A stretch of DNA of 64,000 nt from an uncultured archaeon (GTDB lineage: Archaea; Asgardarchaeota; Thorarchaeia; Thorarchaeales; Thorarchaeaceae). Below the pieces are notes generated by a model. It saw nothing but the letters and a program-made list of their open reading frames with translations, was not told where the DNA came from and made no database searches. The position numbers were made by a program, and so were the translations under genes. The DNA lies in contig CAYWJO010000008.1 in the NCBI GenBank assembly GCA_964458565.1, positions 1 through 64,000 on the forward strand, in the 5' to 3' direction. This document shows positions 1-10,034 of this stretch, one piece after another (position 1 is the stretch's first letter; each line of letters starts with the position of its first letter).

Positions 1-331
1 CGGGTGTGATGACTCTAACGACTTCTCTTCGGACTAATCCCTTGGCTTCAGATGCATCTTCTACTTGGTCTGCGATTGCTACTGTATGTCCAGCTTCTAG
101 TAATCTTGCTATATAACTCTCTACTGCATGATACGGCACTCCGCACATTGGCCATTTATCAACTCCCTCCCCTCTTGAAGTTAATACTATATCCAACACC
201 CTACTCGCAGTAACAGCATCATCATTGAACATCTCGTAGAAGTCACCAAGTCTGAAGAGTAGTATATAGTCTTTGTAATCTTTCTTCAGCTCGAGATACT
301 GTCTTTTCATTGGTGTTGTTTTCTTGACCAT
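1..331 (-). CDS. mutS: DNA mismatch repair protein MutS, N-terminal part (runs off window)
   Basis: Manual translation from ATG at 331: [39 protein letters not shown], matching the MutS domain I TPM..QY and GDFYE motifs. Not in the ORF track. Confidence 0.92.
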   Translation of the reverse strand, partial: MVKKTTPMKRQYLELKKDYKDYILLFRLGDFYEMFNDDAVTASRVLDIVLTSRGEGVDKWPMCGVPYHAVESYIARLLEAGHTVAIADQVEDASEAKGLVRREVVRVITP

Positions 332-421
332 TTTCTCTCCGACTCTGGATTCTATTGAGAGCTTCCGACTAATAATCACACCGCATCTTCACGAACAATG
401 CCTGCTGAGATTATTATTAGT

Positions 422-2167
422 CTATGCTGATACGCGAGTCGAATCTATCTTGACCTTCTTTTCAAGATGGTCTCGATACCTATCTGGGACCGGATAGTTA
501 TGGAATGAATGGGCATACCATTCGTTCATCATCTTCTCTAGTTCTTTATTCATCCTATCCCAAAGCGCATCATCAAGCTCTGGATGTATTGTCCAGACTT
601 TCCCTGTGGGTGTCCTTCCAATTTTGCCTTTCTTAGCAACTTGCTCTCCACCTTTCACAGTCATATATGCTTGACCAAATACTTTGATTATTTTCTCAGG
701 GTCATCAGCAAGATTTCCTTTTGTCGGGTCATAATCGTAAACAGTAACATCTGCATCCGCGCCGACTCCCAGGTGACCCTTTACATCATGCATGCCAAGG
801 ATTTTTGCAGGTCCTGCTCTTGTCGTGATGGCGATTTCGTAAAGGCTCCATTCCCTTTCAATTTCAGCTAGTGTTGATCTCTCTGTTGCAAATTTGTGAA
901 CCTTTTCCAACCAGATGTCTCGCTGTTTCTTGCTCATCAACCAAGAAATGACTAGTGGATATTTTGTGAATGGTCCTGCATTGGGATGATCCGTAGTCAT
1001 GATCACACGCCATACATCTTTGATATTCAATGCAAATTCAAGCGGTATAGTCCATTGTACTGCATTCGCTGGTGATTTGGGGTCAAAAAAGTAGGGTACA
1101 ACTCCTGCACCACCTGGCATCTCTACATCAACGCAGATATTTCCCCACTTGTTCTTCGTCATTTGATAAAGGCTGAACTGGAACGGTCCATCTCCTGTCA
1201 TCGTCGTTGCTGGTCCAAAAGTTATCTGACCTAGATCCACAGTAAAATGGTCATTCTTGTTCATATACTCAGCGAACTTGAGCCCTCCTGATGAAACCCA
1301 TTTCCAATCGGGTTTGGCTTTTTCATCTTCGAAAATATCTAGACTCTCAAATGACATATGTGTCAGATGACAAACATGCTTGCGACCATTATGTCCTCTG
1401 ATATCCTTTATCGCTTCCATATGCTCGATTGTAGTTTCAACGTTTCCAACCTTTCCAAGATTCAGGGGATGCAAATGCATCATGTGAGGTAATCCTAGAG
1501 ACTCAGTGGCTTGGCACAGCCCTCTGATTATCTCTCTTGGAGTAATACCCCAATCTGGTACTTCTGTATCAAGCTCACGAATATTCCTACCATGAGCCCA
1601 AGCATAAGTGCCTCCCGGACATACAACCTTTACACCGAGACCGCCAACCTTTCGAAGAATCCATGCAATGTATCCTGCAAGACCGCTGAGATCATTGTCC
1701 TTCACATAATTGAATGTAATCATGCTATTGCAGAACAATGGAAGAAGAGCGTTATCCAGACAGGGAACATCTTCTAACTCCTCCCAGCTACCCAGTGCTT
1801 TGAGTGCAGGAAGAGCCGGCTCAACAACTGTTGTATATCCCATCTCTGAGTATCGATATCCAATGACATAAGAATTTGGCATTGTATATCCCACACCCCC
1901 TCGAGTCGTCTTGGTTTTAGGTACCGGATCCTTACGATGGTCTTCGGGACACATTGCCCTTCCAAAGCCAAGTTTGCTTCCTACAATATGCGAGTGCATA
2001 TCAACACCACCCGCCATGACCATGCGACCTTTAACATCAATCTCCTTGGCATTATCACCTGTTTTCTCCACTATTTTTCCATTGGAGATGGCGATATCCA
2101 TTATCTCTCCGTCTATCTTATGCATAGGATCATAGACTCGACAATTCTTCAGGAGTATATCACTCAC
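422..2167 (-). CDS. fwdA: Formylmethanofuran dehydrogenase subunit A (amidohydrolase)
   Basis: GGVDMHSH, KVVCPGG, HLHPLNLG, TTDHPNAGPF motifs; operon with fwdB/fwdD/ftr. Confidence 0.95.
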   Translation of the reverse strand: MSDILLKNCRVYDPMHKIDGEIMDIAISNGKIVEKTGDNAKEIDVKGRMVMAGGVDMHSHIVGSKLGFGRAMCPEDHRKDPVPKTKTTRGGVGYTMPNSYVIGYRYSEMGYTTVVEPALPALKALGSWEELEDVPCLDNALLPLFCNSMITFNYVKDNDLSGLAGYIAWILRKVGGLGVKVVCPGGTYAWAHGRNIRELDTEVPDWGITPREIIRGLCQATESLGLPHMMHLHPLNLGKVGNVETTIEHMEAIKDIRGHNGRKHVCHLTHMSFESLDIFEDEKAKPDWKWVSSGGLKFAEYMNKNDHFTVDLGQITFGPATTMTGDGPFQFSLYQMTKNKWGNICVDVEMPGGAGVVPYFFDPKSPANAVQWTIPLEFALNIKDVWRVIMTTDHPNAGPFTKYPLVISWLMSKKQRDIWLEKVHKFATERSTLAEIEREWSLYEIAITTRAGPAKILGMHDVKGHLGVGADADVTVYDYDPTKGNLADDPEKIIKVFGQAYMTVKGGEQVAKKGKIGRTPTGKVWTIHPELDDALWDRMNKELEKMMNEWYAHSFHNYPVPDRYRDHLEKKVKIDSTRVSA

Positions 2168-2169
2168 TT

Positions 2170-3453
2170 TTAACCAACCTCCTTCTCAAGAGCTTTATAG
2201 ATCATCTTCAAAATATCCCGATCTGGCAAAAAACCTTCAGGTGGGTCAACTACTTTCCTTAGATACATTGGGAGACCATCCATTCTCTGAGCTGCACCAT
2301 CACTCTCGATTCCCGATAGAGTTGTGGGAATATTAATTTCAGCTATGAGTGAAGTCATATTTTGTTTTGGATCAATGTTGATGACTGGGATGGATGCCAT
2401 ACGTTGAATAGCTCTACGTGGAAAGTGGGCTGCTGGATCTGCAGCGATGTTGAGTAAAAGGTCCGCTTCTTGGTTTACTAACATGTCTACAGCTGTATAC
2501 TCTCCAGGTTGATATCTTGGATATCCTCTTGCGTAGTCCACGGCATATGGATATCCTGTCTGCCATGTTGATGTCTTGTTGGCACCTGCAACATTATAAT
2601 GCCCTCTCATCGGCATCATGTTCCATTTTGTAAAAGAATTCAGATCTTGAACCAATCTGATTGCAGCATCAATGTTTCTGAATCGCCCTCTTGATTGTGT
2701 CAGACCAAGACCAAAGAAGAGTATCCCATACTTTGCGGATTTCATTTCCTCAACTAGCTTTGCAAGTTTTGCTAACGGAACACCTCCAACCTCTTCAACC
2801 TCAAGTTGATGTCCTCTTGCTAAGGCTCTGAGTGTTCCAAGAATTTCTAGATCACTACCTGGCTCGATCTTCATGAATTCATCTGCAATTCCTGCTGAGA
2901 TTGTCTTTCTGATATCTACAACGGTAATCTTCCGGTCTCCCTTAGGGTCTTTGATATACGCACCAGGAGCTCGAACATATCTACTAATATGTCTCGGGTG
3001 GGCAAATTGAGGATTTGATCCCCAATAGATAATGTAGTCTGCTCTATTCCTCACTTCAGCAAGAGATCCAGCTGCTTCACCAGATTCCTGAACTCCCAAT
3101 ATTGTTGGACCATGACAGACTGAGGATGTATTGTCAACAACACCCCCCAGCAGCTCTGCGATTTTGTATGCTTCTCTGTGTGCATCATTTTCTGTTGAAC
3201 TCAATCCATAAATTAATGGTCGCTTGGCGGATGCGAGTAATTTTACCGCTTTCTGAATAGCCTCTTCTAGAGAGACCTCGGTCTTGTTTACTGTAGGTTT
3301 GAATATTCTGTCCTCAGTATGACTTAGGAATTTGGCTTTGCTAATGGCACAGCCATTATTGTTATTGATGATTTTCCCATCTTCCACCTCTATCTCAAGA
3401 TCATCACACATACATCCACAGAACGGACAAACAATATGTTCAAACACAGCCAT
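2170..3453 (-). CDS. fwdB: Formylmethanofuran dehydrogenase subunit B (Mo/W-bis-PGD)
   Basis: CPFCGCMCDD Fe-S motif, DNTSSVCHGP metal-ligand Cys, HPRH, PMRGHYNV. Confidence 0.95.
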   Translation of the reverse strand: MAVFEHIVCPFCGCMCDDLEIEVEDGKIINNNNGCAISKAKFLSHTEDRIFKPTVNKTEVSLEEAIQKAVKLLASAKRPLIYGLSSTENDAHREAYKIAELLGGVVDNTSSVCHGPTILGVQESGEAAGSLAEVRNRADYIIYWGSNPQFAHPRHISRYVRAPGAYIKDPKGDRKITVVDIRKTISAGIADEFMKIEPGSDLEILGTLRALARGHQLEVEEVGGVPLAKLAKLVEEMKSAKYGILFFGLGLTQSRGRFRNIDAAIRLVQDLNSFTKWNMMPMRGHYNVAGANKTSTWQTGYPYAVDYARGYPRYQPGEYTAVDMLVNQEADLLLNIAADPAAHFPRRAIQRMASIPVINIDPKQNMTSLIAEINIPTTLSGIESDGAAQRMDGLPMYLRKVVDPPEGFLPDRDILKMIYKALEKEVG

Positions 3454-3861
3454 CTATTTTCCCTCCACTATTTGATTCAATACTTCTTTTACTGTTGGAA
3501 CCGATTTTCCTTTTGCGGGAAATAATATCGCTGGAATTCCTTTGAATTCAGGCATTCCAGTTTCCAACGTATCGGAATTAGTAACTGCGTTTGCATATGG
3601 TCCAGCGGGAATGAATACAATCCCCGGCTCAGCTCTTCTGTCTAGTTTTCCAAATACAATCACACTAGCAACTTCAGTTTCAATTTTGATTGGTTCACCA
3701 TCTTCTATGCCTAATGCTTCCATTGTGCTATTGTCCATTTCACAAATTGCGACTGCATCGAAGTAATCCTTTGTCAATTTTCCGATTTCCATTCCACGAC
3801 CCTGCTTGAGAGTACGTCCAGATATTAGTAAAACCTTAACTCCTACAGAACTCAACTTCAC
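3454..3861 (-). CDS. fwdD: Formylmethanofuran dehydrogenase subunit D
   Basis: ISGRTLKQG, GIVFIPAGPYAN, TGMPEFKGI motifs. Confidence 0.92.
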   Translation of the reverse strand: MKLSSVGVKVLLISGRTLKQGRGMEIGKLTKDYFDAVAICEMDNSTMEALGIEDGEPIKIETEVASVIVFGKLDRRAEPGIVFIPAGPYANAVTNSDTLETGMPEFKGIPAILFPAKGKSVPTVKEVLNQIVEGK

Positions 3862-3865
3862 TCAC

Positions 3866-4768
3866 CTACTTGAACAAATCATGGAGATGTATCTGGAATT
3901 TGCCCAGATTTCCACCATAATTTCCTGCAGTCATCTTCACGATTCCTGGATGTTTACATACTTCCTCAATTGCTACTTTTGTGGCTTTTGCGACTGCTTC
4001 CTCTGTAAGACCATTGATCACAATTTCTTGTACAAATTCTGAACCTCTTGGCACAAGAGTATCAGGTACAATGGCACGAAGAGATGGACAGAATTTTTCA
4101 TTGGTTGACGCAAAAAGCACCTTGTATTTTGAAGACGGTTTCGAACCAGAACCCACAAGTCCACCTGGGAATGGTGTATACGCACCTTCTACCTTCTCAA
4201 TTGCAGCCACTGCAGCTATTCCACTTTCCATTCCGCTTTTTACATCCTCACAGCAATATATTATGTTGCCGCCAGCAACACCTTTGACCCTTCCAAATTC
4301 GTTCTGACAAACAAATGTACCGCTCATCCGCGGTATCAACCATAGAACGCGTCCATTAATTGGACCTTTCTTTGTTTGGAATCCGTCACCAAATAGTGAT
4401 AGTTTCTTACCAATTTCATAAGTTTCCTTTGGATTCGGGGTCGCATCGTAAGCACATGCTGTAGGACTTGTCATGACACATTGTCCAATACGAGCAAGTA
4501 ACTGTGGTTCGACATTCTTACTGCTACCCACGGCGAAGATTACACTAACGCCGGGTCGTCCGTCGGGAGTTTCTTCTGGAGTGAGAATTCGCTCAATTCC
4601 AGCTTCCGCGGGTGCCATTATTACAGAAGTCCCAAATCCTGTAGTTTCCAATGCAGTGATTCGTGCCCACTCTTCACTATATGCAGTGATAATTGTGCGG
4701 TTCATGTGCATTGAGAATGCTTCAGCGAATGTGTCTTCGATAGGTACGCCGTTAATTTCCAATCTCAT
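3866..4768 (-). CDS. ftr: Formylmethanofuran:H4MPT N-formyltransferase
   Basis: NGVPIEDTFAEAF, ETPDGRPG, RIGQCVMT, AGNYGGNLG motifs. Confidence 0.96.
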   Translation of the reverse strand: MRLEINGVPIEDTFAEAFSMHMNRTIITAYSEEWARITALETTGFGTSVIMAPAEAGIERILTPEETPDGRPGVSVIFAVGSSKNVEPQLLARIGQCVMTSPTACAYDATPNPKETYEIGKKLSLFGDGFQTKKGPINGRVLWLIPRMSGTFVCQNEFGRVKGVAGGNIIYCCEDVKSGMESGIAAVAAIEKVEGAYTPFPGGLVGSGSKPSSKYKVLFASTNEKFCPSLRAIVPDTLVPRGSEFVQEIVINGLTEEAVAKATKVAIEEVCKHPGIVKMTAGNYGGNLGKFQIHLHDLFK

Positions 4769-4856
4769 ACACCACTCTTAGTTTCTCGAGAGATTTCGTC
4801 CCATTTAAAAACACCGTATTTTGTAAATAGGATAATCGAAAGAGAAAAATGGTCAA

Positions 4857-4864
4857 TTTATAAG
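4857..4864 (+). promoter_or_regulatory. Possible archaeal TATA box for fwdC-mch
   Basis: TTTATAAG about 37 nt upstream of the fwdC ATG in the divergent ftr/fwdC spacer. Confidence 0.3.
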
Positions 4865-4900
4865 ACCGATTGATATACCGCACATGCAAAGGGGAGCAAG

Positions 4901-5755
4901 ATGCCTGTCACTCTCAAACTAATAAAAAACCCGGAAATCCCAATTGAAGCAGATAGTATAACCCCAACTCATTTTGCTAGTAAAACAAATACGCATATTG
5001 GTGCGTTACCTATTCTTCAAGGAAATCAATCTATGAAACTTTCTGATTTTTTTAGCATCAGTGGTGGTGCTGGTGAAACTGCAGATGACACCGAGATCAT
5101 AATTACTGGTGATCTTCGAAAGGTCAAGATGATTGGCAAAGGGATGAATGGTGGTAAAATCATCATTGAAGGAGATGCTGGAATGCATCTTGGTTCAGAG
5201 ATGATTGCTGGTAGAATTCATGTCAAAGGCTCGGTGGGAGCTTGGACTGGAGCTGAGATGGAGGGCGGCAATATTCAAATTGAAGGTGATGCTACTGACT
5301 TTCTTTGTGCTGGTTATCAGGGCAGTAAAGATGGCATGAAGGGTGGTAGAGTCTATGTAGCTGGTGATGTTGGTCGTGAGATGGCCTCCCATATGCGTAA
5401 GGGTTTCATCGCAGTCAAAGGTAACGTGGGTGAACATGCAGCCGTACGAATGATGGGTGGAACAATTATTGTTGTAGGAAATATCTCGGGACGCTTAGGT
5501 TTTGAAGCAACAAAGGGTATGATTCTTTGTTTGGGAAAAATAGAAACCCTACTTCCTACGTACAAATTCAGTGGGACTTCGGAGAGAGAGTTTACAAATT
5601 ACTACCTAACTTATCTAAAGGACCGTAGACCTGATTTTCTTAGTGATGATATAGGCTACACTGAAAAATGGGTTAAATTCATGGGAGATTTAGCTGAGGG
5701 TGATCCCAAAGAGGAGATTTACGTTCTAGCGAAAAACAACGAACATTTACTCTAG
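4901..5755 (+). CDS. fwdC: Formylmethanofuran dehydrogenase subunit C
   Basis: GxGMxGG / MxGG beta-solenoid repeats; pathway context. Confidence 0.93.
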   Translation: MPVTLKLIKNPEIPIEADSITPTHFASKTNTHIGALPILQGNQSMKLSDFFSISGGAGETADDTEIIITGDLRKVKMIGKGMNGGKIIIEGDAGMHLGSEMIAGRIHVKGSVGAWTGAEMEGGNIQIEGDATDFLCAGYQGSKDGMKGGRVYVAGDVGREMASHMRKGFIAVKGNVGEHAAVRMMGGTIIVVGNISGRLGFEATKGMILCLGKIETLLPTYKFSGTSEREFTNYYLTYLKDRRPDFLSDDIGYTEKWVKFMGDLAEGDPKEEIYVLAKNNEHLL

Positions 5756-5761
5756 AGGTGA

Positions 5762-6736
5762 ATGAAAATGGGAATAAGCGTGAATGAGAAAGCGTTTGAT
5801 ATTATAAAAGAGATGATGGATAAGAAAGAAGATCTGAACTGTGCTGTTTCTGAACTCAGCAATGGAACCACTCTAATTGACGCTGGAATCAATGTTCCTG
5901 GCGGAATCGAAGCTGGGCGTCTTGTCAGTGAAATCTGTCTTGGTGGTTACGGTACAGTGCGAATTAGCAGTATGCATATTGGTGATTTGACCTTTCCCGC
6001 GGTGATAGTTAGTACTGACCAACCTGCGATAGCTACATTGGGATCGCAATATGCTGGATGGATCATCCAACAAGAAAAGGGTGAGGAGAAGTACTTCGCT
6101 ATGGGTTCAGGACCAGCAAGAGCGTCCGCGGCAGTTGAAAAGAAACTCTATGCCGAGCTTGATTACAAGGATGAAGCGAAAGTTGGAGTTATTGTACTTG
6201 AAACTCGCACACCCCCTCTAGAGTTTGTCACTGAATTCATTGCTGAAAAATGCGGCATATCAACTTCTGATTTATACTGTGTTCTCGCTCCTACTGCATG
6301 TATTGTAGGTTCTGTTCAGATCTCTGCAAGGATTGTTGAGGTTGGTATTCATAAACTGCATGAGTTAGGATTTGACCCAAAGAAGATCAGGGCAGGTCAT
6401 GGCGTTGCACCTATTGCTCCTGTTGGTAAGAGTGATAATCGCGCTATGGGCATGACAAATGACTGTATTCTCTATGCAGGTCGTACATTCTATTTCATTA
6501 GACCTGAAGAAGGAGATGACCTTGCAGCACTTACTGAAAAGGCACCATCATCTGCTTCAAAGCAATATGGTCAGCCATTCTACAAACTCTTCAAGAGTGT
6601 GGAATTTGATTTCTACAAGGTAGATCCTCATCTATTTGCACCTGCTGAGATAACAATCAATGACGTCGTGAATGGGAAGACATTCAAGGCTGGTGCACTC
6701 AACCCCGACGTACTAAAAGAATCCTTTGGGATGTAA
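5762..6736 (+). CDS. mch: Methenyl-H4MPT cyclohydrolase
   Basis: LGSQYAGW, AMGSGPARA, GSVQISAR, DFYKVDPHLFAPA motifs. Confidence 0.96.
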   Translation: MKMGISVNEKAFDIIKEMMDKKEDLNCAVSELSNGTTLIDAGINVPGGIEAGRLVSEICLGGYGTVRISSMHIGDLTFPAVIVSTDQPAIATLGSQYAGWIIQQEKGEEKYFAMGSGPARASAAVEKKLYAELDYKDEAKVGVIVLETRTPPLEFVTEFIAEKCGISTSDLYCVLAPTACIVGSVQISARIVEVGIHKLHELGFDPKKIRAGHGVAPIAPVGKSDNRAMGMTNDCILYAGRTFYFIRPEEGDDLAALTEKAPSSASKQYGQPFYKLFKSVEFDFYKVDPHLFAPAEITINDVVNGKTFKAGALNPDVLKESFGM

Positions 6737-6760
6737 TACTACTTACAAAAAGAAGAATGT

Positions 6761-6793
6761 ATCACCTGACTGAAGTTCTCTTCAGCAGGTGAT
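6761..6793. terminator. Hairpin between convergent mch and mtd
   Basis: ATCACCTG-a-CTGAAG ttct CTTCAG-CAGGTGAT inverted repeat. Confidence 0.55.
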
Positions 6794-6811
6794 TACGTTA
6801 ATTTTCCTAGT

Positions 6812-7675
6812 CTATTGTGGTTTATCAAGAAGTTTTTTCTTCCGTTGAATCTTACCGGATGAAGAATGTGATGTGCGTAAAACGGTGTTATTCCCCTTTT
6901 CGATTTCACGGGCTTCATCAGCTAAAGATGTTGCTGCTCTTAGAACTTCATGGGCAGCTGATACCATTGGTATGTACTTGTCCGGATTTTGTTCCTTGAA
7001 GCATGCTGTAGTGGTTATATCAGCAACAATCTCAGCCATTTTCAATGATGCAAAAGCTTTCGAATATGCGTATGGATTCTCAAAACCAGCTGCTTCTAGC
7101 GCTTGTTCAGGTTTTAGAGTAATTTTCGGTAAATCAGGCAACTTTCCTGACTTGACCCCATCAATCAACTTCTCTATTTCTAGCTGAATGAACCTCAATA
7201 CTCCTGTACAAGAGAGTAATTTGATAAGTTCAGCATTGAACAACGCCATCTCTGTGGGATCTAGAAATTCCTTCCTTGCTCCAATCATAGGGTCCATTGG
7301 AAGAACAATGAATCCCGTACTATCAGGAACTGATGGTACCGACTTTCCCTCCTCGTTCTTAGCATAGAATGCTTTCTTGGATGGTTGGTCTGAAATTGAA
7401 AGAATAGGGATTCCTTTTTCCATGATAATCTCTCTAGCTTTTGTAGGACCTTTCAGAGCCGCATTAGGACTAACGATAACAACCAAGTTTGGATTCATCT
7501 CGGTCATTTTAGTTGCTACTTCTATACAAGGCTCTTCGTCTAGTGTTGCACCTGACGTAACTGTTCTAATGTCAATGTCCTTTCTTTCTGCTCGTTCATC
7601 AAGAAGAAGATCAAGAAGTGGTGCAGCTCCAATCGCTCCTAGTTTTAATATTCCAACTCGTTTGATATCTGACAG
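6812..7675 (-). CDS. mtd: F420-dependent methylene-H4MPT dehydrogenase (extended to a CTG start; the track begins at 7507)
   Basis: SPNAALKGP, DPMIGARKEFLDPTEMALFN; the upstream in-frame stretch RVGILKLGAIGAAPLLDLLLDERAER is the conserved Mtd N-terminus; AGGAGG lies 8 nt before CTG at 7675. Confidence 0.93.
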   Translation of the reverse strand: MSDIKRVGILKLGAIGAAPLLDLLLDERAERKDIDIRTVTSGATLDEEPCIEVATKMTEMNPNLVVIVSPNAALKGPTKAREIIMEKGIPILSISDQPSKKAFYAKNEEGKSVPSVPDSTGFIVLPMDPMIGARKEFLDPTEMALFNAELIKLLSCTGVLRFIQLEIEKLIDGVKSGKLPDLPKITLKPEQALEAAGFENPYAYSKAFASLKMAEIVADITTTACFKEQNPDKYIPMVSAAHEVLRAATSLADEAREIEKGNNTVLRTSHSSSGKIQRKKKLLDKPQ

Positions 7676-7780
7676 TTTGGTTTCCTCCTAAATTGCAGTA
7701 CGCACTAGTTGTTTCATAAAACCGTTGTGGTTTCTTTTCGATAGGCAATTGGTGTCGTGGGTCATTAGTTATTGAGGTTA

Positions 7781-8075
7781 TCACTTCTTCTTCAAAATGA
7801 TCACAACGATGACTATCAGAACCACTCCAGCACATCCGATTAGCAAAATCAAATTATCTGGAATAAAGACGCCATTTGAGTTTGTGTTTCCTGAAGTTGT
7901 GGGTTCTTGACCAGTAGACGCAGATGATAAACTACGAGAAGATAGAATCGATGGTATTATTCGACTTTCAATATCAAAGCTAGCGTATTTCAGAGTTAAT
8001 TTTGCAGTTTCTATGATAGCGGTTTCATTATTGCTATGATACCAGTCAACAGAGGTTGCAATGCCTGTGGCTTTA
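7781..8075 (-). pseudogene. Remnant of the 3' end of a membrane-anchored surface protein gene
   Basis: Minus frame reads SSASTGQEPTTSGNTNSNGVFIPDNLILLIGCAGVVLIVIVVIILKKK-stop (linker + TM + basic tail), preceded by an in-frame TAG; no signal peptide or upstream body. Confidence 0.5.
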
Positions 8076-8088
8076 TGTGAGTATGAAT

Positions 8089-9972
8089 TTACAGTTGTAG
8101 AATGAAGGTATATTGCTCATCTTCCATGCTTAATTTACTTTGGATTAATTTGCCAGTTTTATGTATGAAATTGACCATTGGTATATTCTTTGGATGGACA
8201 TACGCAATGAACGCATCAACACCCTTACTTTTTGCAATCCTCATTAAATGACTAAGCATGAACGTACCGATTCCAATATTTTGGTAATCATCCTGAACGA
8301 GAAGTGCGAACTCTGCTTGGTTTACTTGTCGATGCAATAGATATCTTCCTGCTGCTATCACTCTCTCACAGTCCGAATCATTTTCTTTTATGACTGCAAC
8401 AAGAGAGATGTCTGACTCTTGATCCACCGCATAGAATTCTTGTAAGGTCTGTCTCCTCAATGACCTTAGAGGTGTTAGAAACCTGAAGAAAATGGATTCC
8501 TCTCCTAGTTCATAGAACAGATGCTTGATTTTATCCGAATCATCTGGGCGAATCAATCTAAATTGAACATCTATCATTCCCACTTCACATTCAAATGTAT
8601 CACTAACCTCATACTCAATTGGGAAGTAGGTTCCTCTTGCAAATGGTACTTGGTCTTCAAAGATGTATCTCATTGTCTTCGCAGCTTCAAGTAGTGAATC
8701 TCTCCAATCAGGATGTGCAACAGCTATCAAAGACAGAACTCGCTCGCGTATACTTCTCCCTCTAAGAGCAGCAAATCCATATTCAGTGACAACTACATCG
8801 ACATCGCCTCGTGTAGTAACAACACCTGCTCCTTCACTCAGACGCGGGACGATTCTCGATACAGTTCCTCCCAGCGCAGTTGATTTCAGACATATGATTG
8901 ACTTGCCTCCTTCTGAATGCGAAGCTCCACGAATGAAGTCAACCATGCCGCCAATTCCCGAGTAGAATTCATGCCCGATTGAATCTGCGCACACTTGTCC
9001 AGTAAGATCAATTTCTAGAGCTGAGTTAACAGCTACCATTTTCTTATTTTGAGCAATCACTCTTGGGTCATTCACATATGCTGTTTCCCTGAAATCAAAG
9101 GTTGGATTGTTGTGGACATAATCATAGAGCTTCTTAGTGCCAATTGCAAAACTCGCAGTTACTTTATCATGATTGATACTCTTTTTCCTATTTGTAACAA
9201 CTCCGAGTTCCAATAGGTCTATAATATTATCACTGAACATCTCAGTATGTACCCCAAGATCTTTTAGTTTAGAGGTAACCAATTCGTTAGTCACAGATTG
9301 TGCTAATGTACCAATCCCAATTTCGATTGTAGATTCATTTTCAATTAATCTCGCAGCGTATTTTCCAATTTGAGATGTCCGTTCGCTGATTTCTGGACAA
9401 CAAAATTCTGTCAAGGGTTCTGTGAATGGAACTAAACAATCGATATCTCTGATATTGATGTATGTTTCTCCATGCGTGACAGGCATTCTCTCGTTAACTT
9501 GAGCAATAACAAGATCTGCATTTTCAGCACCTGTTTTTGTTATGTCAACTGATATACCATATGAACAATAGCCATGCTCGTCAGGTGGGCTGACTTGGAT
9601 GAGTGCTACGTCTAGAGGTATTCTTCTCGTTCTGATAAAACCAGGAATGTCGGATAATGGTGCTGGAGTATAATCTGCTCGTCCTTCTGATACTGCATCT
9701 CGGATATTATCTGATACGAAAAATGTATTGTGTCTAAATTGATTCTGAAATTTTATATCCGAAGTTGGGTTATCTCCTAGTGTTAAAAGATGCACTATCT
9801 CGTTATCTGACATAAGATGTGCTTTATTGACAAGTTCTTGAACCAGATGATTTGGCACACCACAACCTGTACCGATCAGGATTCGTGTGCCACGTTTTAT
9901 TTTCTTAATTGCACCTGAGGCTGACACTATCTTGTCTTTGTATTTCTGAATCCAATCTGCCTCGTTAGCCAT
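8089..9972 (-). CDS. Acetyl-CoA hydrolase / class I CoA-transferase fused to a C-terminal GNAT domain
   Basis: VSPPDEHGYCSYG, LGVHTEMFSD (catalytic Glu), SGIGGMVDFIRGA; C-terminal AEFALLVQDDYQNIGIGT GNAT motif A. Confidence 0.9.
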   Translation of the reverse strand: MANEADWIQKYKDKIVSASGAIKKIKRGTRILIGTGCGVPNHLVQELVNKAHLMSDNEIVHLLTLGDNPTSDIKFQNQFRHNTFFVSDNIRDAVSEGRADYTPAPLSDIPGFIRTRRIPLDVALIQVSPPDEHGYCSYGISVDITKTGAENADLVIAQVNERMPVTHGETYINIRDIDCLVPFTEPLTEFCCPEISERTSQIGKYAARLIENESTIEIGIGTLAQSVTNELVTSKLKDLGVHTEMFSDNIIDLLELGVVTNRKKSINHDKVTASFAIGTKKLYDYVHNNPTFDFRETAYVNDPRVIAQNKKMVAVNSALEIDLTGQVCADSIGHEFYSGIGGMVDFIRGASHSEGGKSIICLKSTALGGTVSRIVPRLSEGAGVVTTRGDVDVVVTEYGFAALRGRSIRERVLSLIAVAHPDWRDSLLEAAKTMRYIFEDQVPFARGTYFPIEYEVSDTFECEVGMIDVQFRLIRPDDSDKIKHLFYELGEESIFFRFLTPLRSLRRQTLQEFYAVDQESDISLVAVIKENDSDCERVIAAGRYLLHRQVNQAEFALLVQDDYQNIGIGTFMLSHLMRIAKSKGVDAFIAYVHPKNIPMVNFIHKTGKLIQSKLSMEDEQYTFILQL

Positions 9973-10034
9973 TGGTTCTTCCTCAGTGTAAACTATCTGG
10001 TTCTATAATTGACATATAGACATTTCGAATCTCA

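Noticed and set aside
5753-5764. Read-through fusion of fwdC and mch
   Set aside because: Frames match, but TAG is followed by AGG-TGA, a second stop; the spacer is simply the AGGTGA ribosome-binding site
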